The notes: generated from the sequence alone by a model not told the origin. Counted from the stretch's first letter, positions 1 to 9,937 are shown. The stretch is DNA of 64,000 nt from Candidatus Eiseniibacteriota bacterium (GCA_963717505.1 OY970342.1:3744001-3808000); one strand, 5' to 3'. Program-made: numbers and translations.

Positions 1-705
1 GAGTTCTCCCAGCGTCCGATCCGCCTGCACACGCTGGTCGACACGCTGGTCGGCTCGATCATCAAGCGCCTGAACGACGATCGGCGCGACGGTGTCGCAG
101 TCATCGCCGAGGGCGTCGTCCTCGAACTCGACCCTGGAGATCTGGCGCGCGTCGAGGAGGCCGAGCACGATGCGCACGGCAACCTGCGCATCGCGGAGGT
201 CAACATCGGGGAGATCCTCAAGCACGCCGTGCAGGAGCGCCTGCGCGAATTCGGCATCGACGCGACCATCGTCGCCAAGAACATCGGCTACGAGCTGCGC
301 TGCGCCGATCCGATTCCCTACGACATGGAGTACACGCGTGACCTCGGCTATTGCGCCGCCAAGGCTCTGCTCTCCGGCATCCATGGCGTCACCATCACCA
401 TGCAGGCCGGGCGCTTCGTCCCGATTCCGTTCTCCACGATGATGAGCCCCGGCGGGCGGCCGCGAATCCGGATGGTGGACATCCATTCGACCCGCTATGC
501 CATCGCGCGCCGTTACATGATCCGACTGCGCCGGGACGATTTCGACGACCCACACGAGCTGGCCAAGTTCGCGGCCACGGTGCGGATGTCACTCGAGGAG
601 TTCCGGGAGCGCTTCGCCTACCTGATCGAGGACGAGCCACCCGGGCTCGTGCTCGACGAAGCGGCGGCGGCCGGATCGGCCGCCGCCCAAAACGCCGGCT
701 CGTAG
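1..705 (+). CDS. pfp: Phosphofructokinase, probably PPi-dependent (5' partial)
   Basis: Frame is open from base 1 (EFSQRPIRLHTLVDTLVGSIIKRL..GVAVIAEG) into ORF 229..705. KNIGYELRCADPIPYD..YTRDLG is the PFK C-terminal motif of the short PPi-PFK clade. Confidence 0.8.
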   Translation, partial: EFSQRPIRLHTLVDTLVGSIIKRLNDDRRDGVAVIAEGVVLELDPGDLARVEEAEHDAHGNLRIAEVNIGEILKHAVQERLREFGIDATIVAKNIGYELRCADPIPYDMEYTRDLGYCAAKALLSGIHGVTITMQAGRFVPIPFSTMMSPGGRPRIRMVDIHSTRYAIARRYMIRLRRDDFDDPHELAKFAATVRMSLEEFRERFAYLIEDEPPGLVLDEAAAAGSAAAQNAGS

Positions 706-715
706 CGCGTGACCG

Positions 716-2539
716 CTACTTGCCCGCTGACTTGAGTTCGCCGGGAACGAACTGCTCACGCACCGCCTGCCGGAGCAGATTCGGCGGCAGCATGCCTTGG
801 GCCAGGATGAAGTCGTGGTAGCGCTGGCGATCGAAGCGCCCATGAAGCGCCCGTTCGGTCTCGGCGCGCAGCTCCATCAGCCGCTGGTAGCCGCAGAAGT
901 ACGAGGTCGCCTGACCGGGAGAGCGGAACGTGTAGCGCTCGACTTCCTGGGTCGCCATCGCCGTCGACAGCACCACGTCCTCCTGGAGCACCGCCATCGC
1001 CTGTTCCTTGGTGATGGTTCCGGCCTGGAGTCCGGGATCCAGGTAGGCGCGCGCCGCGCGCAGCAACCGGTGCTGGAGCGCGATCAACTGGCCGTCCAAC
1101 GGCTCGAACGGCTTGGCCTCGGCTTCGGCGTACAGTGCCCAGCCTTCGACATTGACGCTGTTCATGGCGAACAACGCACGGGCGATCGAGACGCCGCCTT
1201 CGACCACGGCGGCGAACTGCAGTTCGTGGCCGGGACGGCCTTCATGCGCGGTCAGCGTCCAGGATGCAGCCTCGAACGTGAAGTCGTCGAACGCGAGTTG
1301 CCCCTGGGCGCTCGGCATCTTGAGCGGCAGGACGAACGTCCCTTTCTCGCCGGTGTTGCCGATCATCCGCGGGGGACGCATGTTGGGCGCCGGAATCTGC
1401 GCGCTCTCGGCTTCGCTCGCCAGGCGGATCTGCATCGGCCGCTCGGGCAGGGTGACGATGCCCTGCTCGCGAATGATCTTCTCCAGGTCCTTGATCCGTG
1501 ATTCGTAGTGCGGAAGGATCGCCTCGCCGACGATCTGCTTCTTCTTGAGCTCGCGGATCACGCTGCGATAGTCGGTCTGCGACAGGCCGTACTGCTTCGC
1601 GACCATCGGCGCCAGGGCCTGCATCTCGTTCTGGATCTCGCGGAACGCGACCTGCGCCCGACCCACCAGCTCGTCCACCGGCATGTCGACGCCGTAACCG
1701 CGCAGTCCGTACGCGTAGAGCGCGGGTGGCTGGCGGAAGTCGTCGCGCGCCCGCGGCAGAATCTCGGCCCGCACGAACTTCTCGTACTCGTCGAGCTGCT
1801 TCTTGAGCTCGGCGTAGGGCTTCTCCCAGCCCTTGATCTTGTACTGGGTGAACAGGTCGGCGATGCCCTTGGTCATGGTCGCGGCGTTGCCGAGATCACG
1901 CTCGACCTCGGCGCGCACCGGCCCGAGTAGTTTGGCGTCGTTTAGCTTCTCGCGGGTGCGGTCCTGGGCGAGCTTGGCGATCGGCTCGTAGCCCTTCTCG
2001 AGCCCGGCGTAACGCTGGAGCCGCTTGAGGGCCGCCGGACGGCGCGCCTCGGCCACTTGCTCGTCGAGCAAGGCGCGGATGCCCTGAAATACCGTGCCGT
2101 GGACGTCGAAGTACGGGAGCATCAGCTTCTCCGAAAGCTCCTGACCTTCGAGGTGCTGCCGCGACTGCTCGATCATGATGTCGAGATCCTGCTTGACCGC
2201 CGCGTTCGACTCGGCCGCTCGCGCCACCTCGAGTTTGGTGGCGGCCTCGGTGACCGCGGCCCGGGCGCGATCGAGCACGCCGGGCTTCAAGTCCATGATC
2301 TGCTCGTCGAGTCCGGGCACCCCCATGCGTCCCGCGCCCTCGGGCGCGAACTTGGCGAACAGCTCGAGCAGGACCTGAGCGTTCTGATTGCTCTTCGCGA
2401 CCCACTCGGCCGGCGCTTGCGCCGGCGTGGCAGGCTTCGCGGGCTGGCCGAGTGCGGAGGTCGCGATCACGAGCACTCCCCACACGCTGGCGATCGCGGC
2501 GAACCGGGCAAATGGGAATCGGGGTCGACGGCGTGGCAT
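716..2539 (-). CDS. DUF885 family secreted protein (putative metallopeptidase-like)
   Basis: Signal peptide; TAHEGRPGHELQ, EGWALYAE, EVERY..PGQATSY motifs. ATG at 2539 has a CAGGAGG RBS. Confidence 0.85.
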   Translation of the reverse strand: MPRRRPRFPFARFAAIASVWGVLVIATSALGQPAKPATPAQAPAEWVAKSNQNAQVLLELFAKFAPEGAGRMGVPGLDEQIMDLKPGVLDRARAAVTEAATKLEVARAAESNAAVKQDLDIMIEQSRQHLEGQELSEKLMLPYFDVHGTVFQGIRALLDEQVAEARRPAALKRLQRYAGLEKGYEPIAKLAQDRTREKLNDAKLLGPVRAEVERDLGNAATMTKGIADLFTQYKIKGWEKPYAELKKQLDEYEKFVRAEILPRARDDFRQPPALYAYGLRGYGVDMPVDELVGRAQVAFREIQNEMQALAPMVAKQYGLSQTDYRSVIRELKKKQIVGEAILPHYESRIKDLEKIIREQGIVTLPERPMQIRLASEAESAQIPAPNMRPPRMIGNTGEKGTFVLPLKMPSAQGQLAFDDFTFEAASWTLTAHEGRPGHELQFAAVVEGGVSIARALFAMNSVNVEGWALYAEAEAKPFEPLDGQLIALQHRLLRAARAYLDPGLQAGTITKEQAMAVLQEDVVLSTAMATQEVERYTFRSPGQATSYFCGYQRLMELRAETERALHGRFDRQRYHDFILAQGMLPPNLLRQAVREQFVPGELKSAGK

Positions 2540-2730
2540 GGCGCCTCCTGGAAAGGGTTCTCTCTTCTCTAAATGAGTAACGGTGAGCGGCCAGCGTGCC
2601 CGCAAGATACGCGGTCGGCGCTCGACGGTTTCAGGACAATCCGCCCGGCGCGGCCAGAATCGTCGACCAACGCACCTCGGGGCCGCGGGCCTAACTCATG
2701 GCACAAAGCGACTTGGGGTCGCAGCCTCGC

Positions 2731-5700
2731 CTAGGGGATGAATACGACCCGCGCGTTGCGCGAATCACTGCCACGGCTCAGTCGCACCAAGTAGAGCCCG
2801 GCCTCGAGTCTCCGATCACCCTCGAGTTGGACGACATGTTCACCCGGCGCCATTCCCTCGAGCGCACGCGACAGGATCCGACGACCGGCGAGATCGAACA
2901 GCTCGAGAAGCGCGGGATCACGACGGTCGAGACCGAATGCAATCTGTACGCTGCCGCGCGCAGGATGAGGCCGAGCTCCGGCCAGGTGGAAGCGGAACGT
3001 CGTCGGCACCTGCACCGACGTCTCCCCCCAGTGCGTGACACCCGACGATGTGCTCACGGCCAACCGATACGTGTAGCGGGCACCCGGCTCGACCTGGACG
3101 TCCTGATACCGCAGATGGCCGGTGCCGTCGGGAACCAGCGTCGCCAGCTCGCGCCAGGACTCGGAATCGCTTCGTCGCTCGAGGATCGCTCGAAGGTCAG
3201 TCGTCTGCGCCGCGAACCAATCGAGCGACACTCGACCCGGCTCGGCGCTCGCGCTGACCAGTGCCAGCAGCGCGGCGGTGGGCCGATCGATTCCCGGCGA
3301 ATACAGGCGGCTCCCGGTGCGCGCGAAATTGGCCCGAGGCGTCGGCCAGTGCGCCCCCTTGCCCCATGATCCCGGCGCCTCCTGGTACACGAAGACGCCC
3401 GGCAGATCGGGCGGGGTCCCGAGGATCTCGGTGCGACCGTCACCGTCGAAGTCCCACAGCGTCGCGTGCATGCCGGCGGCACCGGGCTTGGGGAACCCGC
3501 CGATGATCGTCGCACTCGAATCCACCGCCACGAAACCCGGGCCCTGCATCTGCCACAGGATCTCGGGAGCCGGATTGCCCCCGAGCGGACCGATGATCGG
3601 TGTCGAGTAGGGAACTCCGGAGTAGAGCTTGGGCCACGTGCCGAAGTCCGCGTGGACCAATCGGTCGTCGTAAACGCTGAGCTGCGGCGGACCCCAGCGG
3701 GGAACGACGATCTCGTCGTGACCATCGCCATTCAGATCTCCGGCGACCACTTCACCGAATGTCTGCGGCAGGTCGAAGCGCGCATGGCGGATGGTGCCGT
3801 CGACGTTGAGGATCTGAGTCTGGGTGCCACCGGCCACGATGATCGCCGGCCCGGGTTGCTCGGCCAGCTCCGTGATCGCGGCCCCGTAAGCCACGGCGCC
3901 GATGAACACCGGCCATCCGGCCATGGTGATCCCGTTTCCGTGAATCGCGTGGACGATGCCTGTGCCCTGGACGGCGACGATCTCGACCCCCTCAATGCCA
4001 TCGAGATCCGAGAGCGACAGCACCAGGTTGTCTCCCGGCGACGAGACTGCGACCGGGAACCCGGGAAACGGTTTGCCGGCGGCGCTCCAGGCATGCACGT
4101 AACCGTCGTCTCCTCCCCAAAGCACTTCCAGCACGCCGTCCCCATCGAGATCACCGAGGCACGGCGTGGATCCGGGAACGCCGGGCGTGGCATCGACCGG
4201 CCAGCCGCTGACGATCTGCCCGAACTCGTCCAGAGCCCAGATCTGCCCTTGCTGCGTTGCGCAGAACATCACGAAGCCGATGTTCTCGCTCATGTACGCG
4301 GCGGCGATGCCGCCGATGATCGAGGACGGGAGCGCATAGGTGGTGACCAGGCGCCCCTGGCCGACGTCGACCACGGCGATCCGGCCGATCTCCAGCGGCA
4401 CCGCAGCGCAGCAGGGAGCGCCGTCGCCCGGCAGCGGCACCGCCGGCCCGCTGACCAGGTACTCACGGAGCGTGACGAACGATCCAACCGGATCGGTGAG
4501 CGCCCGGAACGCATTCAGTCGGCCGCCGCCATAGCCGGTGATTCCCGGATTGAGCGCCGAAATGTCGTCGGCGGTGTCGTGCAACCGCAGCACGGTTTCG
4601 ACCGGGTGGGGGCGCGGCTCACCGGCGGCCAGGCGCTGGGCATGCAGCAGTCCCGCGACCCCGGTCGCGAGTGCTGCCGAGAACGAGCTGCCGCTGGCGC
4701 CGGTCGTGTACGACGGCTGCCGCATTCCCAGACTGTCGACGCCGGGGCGCGTGACGGTTGCCGTGGGCAGGCTGGTGCCGGGTGCTGCGACGTCCACGAA
4801 CGTCTGCCGATTGGTGAAGCTCGGGATGCGATCTCGCGAGTCGGATGAAGTCGCGCACAAGACCTCGCTGCGAGCGGCGAGGTAGGTGAACGTGCTCGAG
4901 GCACTCCCCGCCGAGGAGACCACGGAAACGCTGGCAAAGTAGGCGGCGTCCAGGGCGGCGGCGAGATCCGGTTGATAGATGCTGGCAAACGAACAGTTGA
5001 TGATCGAGGCTCCCATTTGGACCGCGTAGTGGATCGCCTGGGCCACGAAGGTCATGTCGACCTGGCCGAGCGGCGCCGCGTTCGTGGACCAGCCGATGCG
5101 CAAGGGCATGATCGACGCCTGCCACACGGTGCCGGTGACGCCGATCGTATTGTCGGAGTGCGCGCCGATCACGCCGGCCACCGCGCTGCCGTGCCCGGCG
5201 AAGTCGTTGGGATCGGGATCGGCGTCGACCCAATCCTCACCCACGGTCACGCCGCCGTTGTTGGGGAGCGCCACGAAGTCCCAGCCGCGAACATCGTCGA
5301 TGTACCCGTTGCCATCGTCGTCGACCCCGCTCACCCCGGTCACTTCGACCGAGTTCGTCCAGAACTGACCCGGATCTCCCGGGCCCGGACCGAGGTCGGG
5401 GTGGTCGAGGAGAACGCCGGTGTCGATCAGGGCGATGATCACCGATCGATCGCCCGTAGTGACGTCCCATGCCTCGGGCGCGTGAATGTCGCGGCGATTG
5501 GATTGATAGAAGTGGAGCGAGAGCGACCACAGCGAGTCGTTCGGCACGGCCTCGACCGGCAGGATCGACGAGGCGCTGGCACTCCGGATCTCTGCGAGCG
5601 CCGCGAACGCGGCGCGCGATGGTTCGACGTCGACACCGTCGGGCAGGTGCGCGAGCCAGAACGCGGTCAGGTCGGGCTCGCGCGATCCCGGTGTCGGTGG

Positions 5701-6003
5701 TTGGGATCCCGGGAACTCGGGAACGAATCGCTCGACGCCCAGCGCTCGTGCCAGTCGGTCGATCGACGGAATTCCGAGGGCGACCGTCGATTGATCGGCG
5801 CTCCGCGACTCGGGGGCGATGGAAACGCGGACCTGGGTCGAGGCTTCGGGAGTCAGTTGGAGGACGACCACACCCGGCCGCGTCTCGGGCGGAAGGGTTC
5901 CGAGCCCCCCCGGCGAAGACGCCGCGTCGATCCCCGTGTCGGCCGCGACTGCGGCGTGGGCACCCAGCAGGAACAGGGCTGCGATCGTGGGCAGCAGGCG
6001 CAC
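2731..6003 (-). CDS. S8 subtilase with FG-GAP repeats and T9SS/FlgD-like C-terminal tail
   Basis: Signal peptide; IDTG (Asp), GHGSAVAG (His), SGSSFS (Ser); DLDGDG repeats; tail PHP..LFDLAGR..GLYLVRL. Confidence 0.85.
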   Translation of the reverse strand: MRLLPTIAALFLLGAHAAVAADTGIDAASSPGGLGTLPPETRPGVVVLQLTPEASTQVRVSIAPESRSADQSTVALGIPSIDRLARALGVERFVPEFPGSQPPTPGSREPDLTAFWLAHLPDGVDVEPSRAAFAALAEIRSASASSILPVEAVPNDSLWSLSLHFYQSNRRDIHAPEAWDVTTGDRSVIIALIDTGVLLDHPDLGPGPGDPGQFWTNSVEVTGVSGVDDDGNGYIDDVRGWDFVALPNNGGVTVGEDWVDADPDPNDFAGHGSAVAGVIGAHSDNTIGVTGTVWQASIMPLRIGWSTNAAPLGQVDMTFVAQAIHYAVQMGASIINCSFASIYQPDLAAALDAAYFASVSVVSSAGSASSTFTYLAARSEVLCATSSDSRDRIPSFTNRQTFVDVAAPGTSLPTATVTRPGVDSLGMRQPSYTTGASGSSFSAALATGVAGLLHAQRLAAGEPRPHPVETVLRLHDTADDISALNPGITGYGGGRLNAFRALTDPVGSFVTLREYLVSGPAVPLPGDGAPCCAAVPLEIGRIAVVDVGQGRLVTTYALPSSIIGGIAAAYMSENIGFVMFCATQQGQIWALDEFGQIVSGWPVDATPGVPGSTPCLGDLDGDGVLEVLWGGDDGYVHAWSAAGKPFPGFPVAVSSPGDNLVLSLSDLDGIEGVEIVAVQGTGIVHAIHGNGITMAGWPVFIGAVAYGAAITELAEQPGPAIIVAGGTQTQILNVDGTIRHARFDLPQTFGEVVAGDLNGDGHDEIVVPRWGPPQLSVYDDRLVHADFGTWPKLYSGVPYSTPIIGPLGGNPAPEILWQMQGPGFVAVDSSATIIGGFPKPGAAGMHATLWDFDGDGRTEILGTPPDLPGVFVYQEAPGSWGKGAHWPTPRANFARTGSRLYSPGIDRPTAALLALVSASAEPGRVSLDWFAAQTTDLRAILERRSDSESWRELATLVPDGTGHLRYQDVQVEPGARYTYRLAVSTSSGVTHWGETSVQVPTTFRFHLAGARPHPARGSVQIAFGLDRRDPALLELFDLAGRRILSRALEGMAPGEHVVQLEGDRRLEAGLYLVRLSRGSDSRNARVVFIP

Positions 6004-6157
6004 ATGACCCTCGAAACGTTCGCGGGCACGACGCCTGCGCTGGTTTTTTCTGGTCGCGCCGGTCGTGCCCGCTCGATTGACGCTAGGCGCTCTTCACCCC
6101 ACGGTCAATCGAAAACTCGGGGTTGGGGGCCGGACTTGTGTCCCCCGGAACCGGGCA

Positions 6158-6628
6158 TCAGCCCGACGCGGCCGCCATCTTCTTCAGGATCGCGATCTGT
6201 CCCGCATGATAGAGGTCGTGCTGAACGACACCGTGCAGCAGCTGCGCTCGGGTGAACGATCCGGCGGGTGGAGTCTTTTCGATCTCGTGCGCGTCGATGC
6301 GGCCGGCCGCCGCCTCGAGCTCGCGATGCGCCTCGCGCAACCCCTGCTCTGCGGCGCGCCAGCGCGTCGCCGTCGCCTGACCGGCGTCGGGCCAGTCCTG
6401 CTCGTCGGTCGGAACGTTCTTTCGACCCTCGATCCGATCGGCGACCACGCGCTTCCAGGTCGCCATGTGCAGCACCAGCTCCCAGATCGTGTGCACCTCG
6501 GGCGACGGGCGGAACGAGGCGATCTTGGAATCGACCGACTCGAGCAGTTCGAGCACGGCTGAGCCGTGCCACGAATCTTTCACGAACGATCGCTGGAGCT
6601 GGTCGCGGATCAACTCGATCGTGGTCAC
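6158..6628 (-). CDS. DinB/YfiT (S-transferase-like) family protein
   Basis: SWHG, HTIWELVLHM and HDLYHAGQI His motifs. GTG start at 6628 within ORF 6158..7081. Confidence 0.85.
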   Translation of the reverse strand: MTTIELIRDQLQRSFVKDSWHGSAVLELLESVDSKIASFRPSPEVHTIWELVLHMATWKRVVADRIEGRKNVPTDEQDWPDAGQATATRWRAAEQGLREAHRELEAAAGRIDAHEIEKTPPAGSFTRAQLLHGVVQHDLYHAGQIAILKKMAAASG

Positions 6629-7124
6629 GGAATCCCCCGCGGAGTTGGAGCGGTGCACCGCGACGGAGAGTAGCCGAGTCCGAGGTCGCACCGTAACGGG
6701 GCGAGCGAGATCCCGGTACGGATCGAGAGGTGGGAGAAGTGCGGGCCACTTCCGGGTCTCGAGTGGCGTGAGCGCCTGAAGAGGGGCATGAGATCGCCAC
6801 CGTAATGGCCAGCAGTCGCAGCCCGCACGGCTCTTCATCGGCAAGCCGTGGGCCACGATCGAATGCACGAGGCCGCAACCGGTGCTCGTGAACCCTGCGG
6901 TTCGCTCCCGAAGCCGGAACTCGCGGTCAGGGCTTGCGTTCCGACCGCAGGGCTTGGTGCCGACGTTGCCGGCAGCGGCCGGCAGCCTCCATCCCGCGAT
7001 CGCCGAACCGGCTCGATTCCGAGACGATCTCCGCCATCTTCCCCAGCGGTCGGGCCAAAACGCGAGGCCGAGCGCGCACATGGCGCCGCCCCGTCTCCGA
7101 TGTCATTGTGCCCGTGTGTTGCGA

Positions 7125-9428
7125 ATGCTCGGGCGCTACGCGAACTGGCTCCACACTCGTTGGCCGGCGGGCACGGTCGAACGCTTCCCGGAAGTGCGCG
7201 AGGACGGCTCGACCAATGTGCCGGGCCTGTTCGTTTCCGGCGACCTGACCGGCGTTCCGCTACTCAAGTTCGCGCTCGACACCGGCGCACGCACCGTTCG
7301 CCGAATCGCCGCCGATCTCGGAGCACGCGCCGGCCGCGGCGAATCGGATCTGCTCGATCTGGCGATCGTCGGCGCCGGGGTCTCGGGGCTGGCGGCAGCG
7401 ATCGAAGCCCAGTCGGCGGGCTTGCGCTTCGCGGTGTACGAGTCGGTCGAGCCCTTGTTCACGTTGCAGAACTTCCCGCGCCGGAAACCGATCTACACCT
7501 ACCCGACCGAGATGAAACCGGCGGGCTCCCTCCAGGTCGGAGCCGGCGTCAAGGAAGCGCTGATCGAGGAGCTGCGCGAGCAGATTACGGCGGCCGGCAT
7601 CGCGCCGCGCCTCGAACGCGTCGAGCGGGTCGTGCGCGATGGCGACGGGTTCCGGCTATGCATGGCCGGTGGCCACGAGGCTCGGGCCCGCCGCGTGCTG
7701 GTGGCGATCGGGCGCAGCGGCCACTTTCGCCGACTCGCGGTTCCCGGCGAGGACCTGCCCAAGGTCTACCACCGGCTCCATGACCCGGCGGACTGGAGCG
7801 GCCAGCGCGCGCTGGTCGTGGGCGGCGGCGACTCCGCACTCGAGACCGCGATCGCGCTCGCGCAGTCCGGCGGCCACGTGACCGTGTGCCACCGGCGCTC
7901 GACGTTTTCCCGAGCCAAGTCCGAGAACCGGGAGATGCTCGAGGCCCTACGACGCGATCCTCGGGCCGAAGTCGCGATCGTGCATCCGGTTTCGGAGCAG
8001 ATCACCGCGGCGACCGCCGGGCTCGCGCGCAAACCGGGATCCCTCGCGCTGCGCATGGAGACCACCGTCCTCGAGATCCGCGAGCGCGAGGTCGCCGTCC
8101 GCGGCCCGGAGGGCGACGAGACCCTGGCCAACGACGTCGTGTTCGCGATGGTCGGCCGCGAGCCGCCACTGGATTTCTTCCGGCGTTCGGGCGTGCGTAT
8201 CGCAGGCGAGATGACGCCCGGCCGGTGGGCAGCGCTCGGGCTGTTCCTGCTGTTCTGCGTCTGGCTCTACGACTGGAAGTCGGGCGGTTTCTTCTCCGCA
8301 CTCTGGTACCGGAATCATTGGTTCCCGACCAACCTCGGCGATCTCCTGGCAGCCGCCGGCCGCGGGGTCGCGGCCGCCGCCGCCGACCGCCGAACCTTGC
8401 TGGGAACACTGGCGATCAGCGCGTCGAGTCCAGCCTTCTACTACACGCTGGCCTACTCGATCGTGGTCGCGGTGTTCGGGCTCAAGCGCATCCGACGCCG
8501 GCGGACACCTTACGTCGCAGCCCAGACCACGACCCTGATCGCGATTCAGGTGGTCCCTCTGTTCCTGCTGCCCGAAATCATCCTTCCGTGGCTCGATGCC
8601 CACGGGGCCCTGCCGCGCGCCCTCGCCGATGCGCTGTTCCCGGCCGTCGACTACGGGCATGGTCGCGAGTTCTGGCGCGCATACGGCCTGATCCTCGCGT
8701 GGCCGCTCAACGTCTACAACGTGTTCACCCCCGAGCCGTTGCCGGCCTGGCTCGCGATCTCGTTCGTGCAGACGCTGGTCCTGATTCCGCTCGGCATCTG
8801 GTTCTTCGGCAAGGGTGTGTACTGCGGGTGGATCTGCTCGTGCGGCGGCCTGGCCGAGACGCTGGGCGACGAGCACCGGCACAAGATGCCGCACGGTCCG
8901 GGGTGGAATCGCGCCAACCTCGCAGGACAAGGAGTGCTGGCGATCACGGTCGTCCTGCTCGGCGTGCGCATCGCCGGATGGCTGCTCCCCGAGGGCAACG
9001 CCGCCGCCCGCTTCTTCCCCACGCTCCAGGAGTCCTACAAGTGGACGGTCGACGTCTTCCTCGCCGGAGTGCTCGGCTACGGCGTCTACTTCTGGTTCTC
9101 GGGGCGATTCTGGTGCCGGTTCCTGTGCCCGCTCGCCGCGCTGATGCACGTCTTCGCGCGTTTCTCGAGCTTTCGCATCCTCGCCGACAAGAAGAAGTGC
9201 ATCTCGTGCGGGCAGTGCACCCGCGTGTGCCATCAGGGAATCGACGTCATGAGCTTCGCCAACAAGGGGACGCCGATGGCCGATCCGGAGTGCGTGCGCT
9301 GTTCGGCCTGCGTCGGCGTGTGTCCAACCGGCGTGCTCGAGTTCGGGCGGGTGGACGGCTCGGGCCGCGTGATCGGCCGAGATCGACTGCCGGCGTCTCT
9401 GGTCCAGATCGCCGAGCGGAACCCCTGA
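7125..9428 (+). CDS. FAD/NAD(P)-dependent oxidoreductase (TrxB/YpdA-like, permuted) fused to membrane NapH/MauN-like polyferredoxin
   Basis: TNVPGLFVSGD, IVGAGVSG, VPGEDLPKV, VVGGGDSA; TM helices; CGWICSCG, WCRFLCP; two CxxCxxCxxxC ferredoxin motifs. Start inferred at ATG 7125. Confidence 0.8.
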   Translation: MLGRYANWLHTRWPAGTVERFPEVREDGSTNVPGLFVSGDLTGVPLLKFALDTGARTVRRIAADLGARAGRGESDLLDLAIVGAGVSGLAAAIEAQSAGLRFAVYESVEPLFTLQNFPRRKPIYTYPTEMKPAGSLQVGAGVKEALIEELREQITAAGIAPRLERVERVVRDGDGFRLCMAGGHEARARRVLVAIGRSGHFRRLAVPGEDLPKVYHRLHDPADWSGQRALVVGGGDSALETAIALAQSGGHVTVCHRRSTFSRAKSENREMLEALRRDPRAEVAIVHPVSEQITAATAGLARKPGSLALRMETTVLEIREREVAVRGPEGDETLANDVVFAMVGREPPLDFFRRSGVRIAGEMTPGRWAALGLFLLFCVWLYDWKSGGFFSALWYRNHWFPTNLGDLLAAAGRGVAAAAADRRTLLGTLAISASSPAFYYTLAYSIVVAVFGLKRIRRRRTPYVAAQTTTLIAIQVVPLFLLPEIILPWLDAHGALPRALADALFPAVDYGHGREFWRAYGLILAWPLNVYNVFTPEPLPAWLAISFVQTLVLIPLGIWFFGKGVYCGWICSCGGLAETLGDEHRHKMPHGPGWNRANLAGQGVLAITVVLLGVRIAGWLLPEGNAAARFFPTLQESYKWTVDVFLAGVLGYGVYFWFSGRFWCRFLCPLAALMHVFARFSSFRILADKKKCISCGQCTRVCHQGIDVMSFANKGTPMADPECVRCSACVGVCPTGVLEFGRVDGSGRVIGRDRLPASLVQIAERNP

Positions 9429-9440
9429 CCCGCCTCGACC

Positions 9441-9478
9441 GAACGAAACAGGGGTGGCATGGAGTCATGCCACCCCTG
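9441..9478 (-). terminator. Intrinsic terminator of csp, probably bidirectional
   Basis: Perfect 13-bp stem CAGGGGTGGCATG-GAGT-CATGCCACCCCTG between convergent genes, followed by TTTCGTTC on the minus strand. Confidence 0.8.
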
Positions 9479-9496
9479 CGATCCGATCTGTTGGGT

Positions 9497-9709
9497 TCAG
9501 GTCGCGACGGCGATCCGGCGCACGTTCGACGCCTGGAGTCCCTTCGGTCCCCGGGTAATCTCGAACTCGACGCGTTCCCCCTCCGCGAGGGTCTTGAATC
9601 CATCGCCCTGAATGGCCGAGAAGTGAACGAAAACATCCTCGCCGCCGTCCTGAGAAATGAAACCGAAACCCTTGGCGTCGTTGAACCACTTGACGGTGCC
9701 GTTAGCCAC
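9497..9709 (-). CDS. cspA: Cold-shock protein
   Basis: [24 protein letters not shown]; GTG start with AAGGAG RBS; 70 aa. Confidence 0.95.
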   Translation of the reverse strand: MANGTVKWFNDAKGFGFISQDGGEDVFVHFSAIQGDGFKTLAEGERVEFEITRGPKGLQASNVRRIAVAT

Positions 9710-9877
9710 TGCGAACTCCTTGTTCTCCGGGGATCCGATCCCCAAGCATCGCGATTTCCGGCGCAAATTCGTGCCGGAACGACCACACGGGTGCCGCCGA
9801 CCAGACAGACAGCCGCGGAATCGCGTTCCGCGGCTGTACGGATGTGCGCGCAGGCGAGGCTCGGCGACAACGCGGGA

Positions 9878-9906
9878 AGTCTGCCTGTCGCAGAATGCCA
9901 CGTCAA
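9878..9906 (-). promoter_or_regulatory. Sigma70-type promoter of csp
   Basis: TTGACG-N17-CAGACT on the minus strand, implying a 5' UTR of about 160 nt. Confidence 0.55.
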
Positions 9907-9937
9907 GCACTTGTTCATTGCGGCAACCGCCGCCGTT

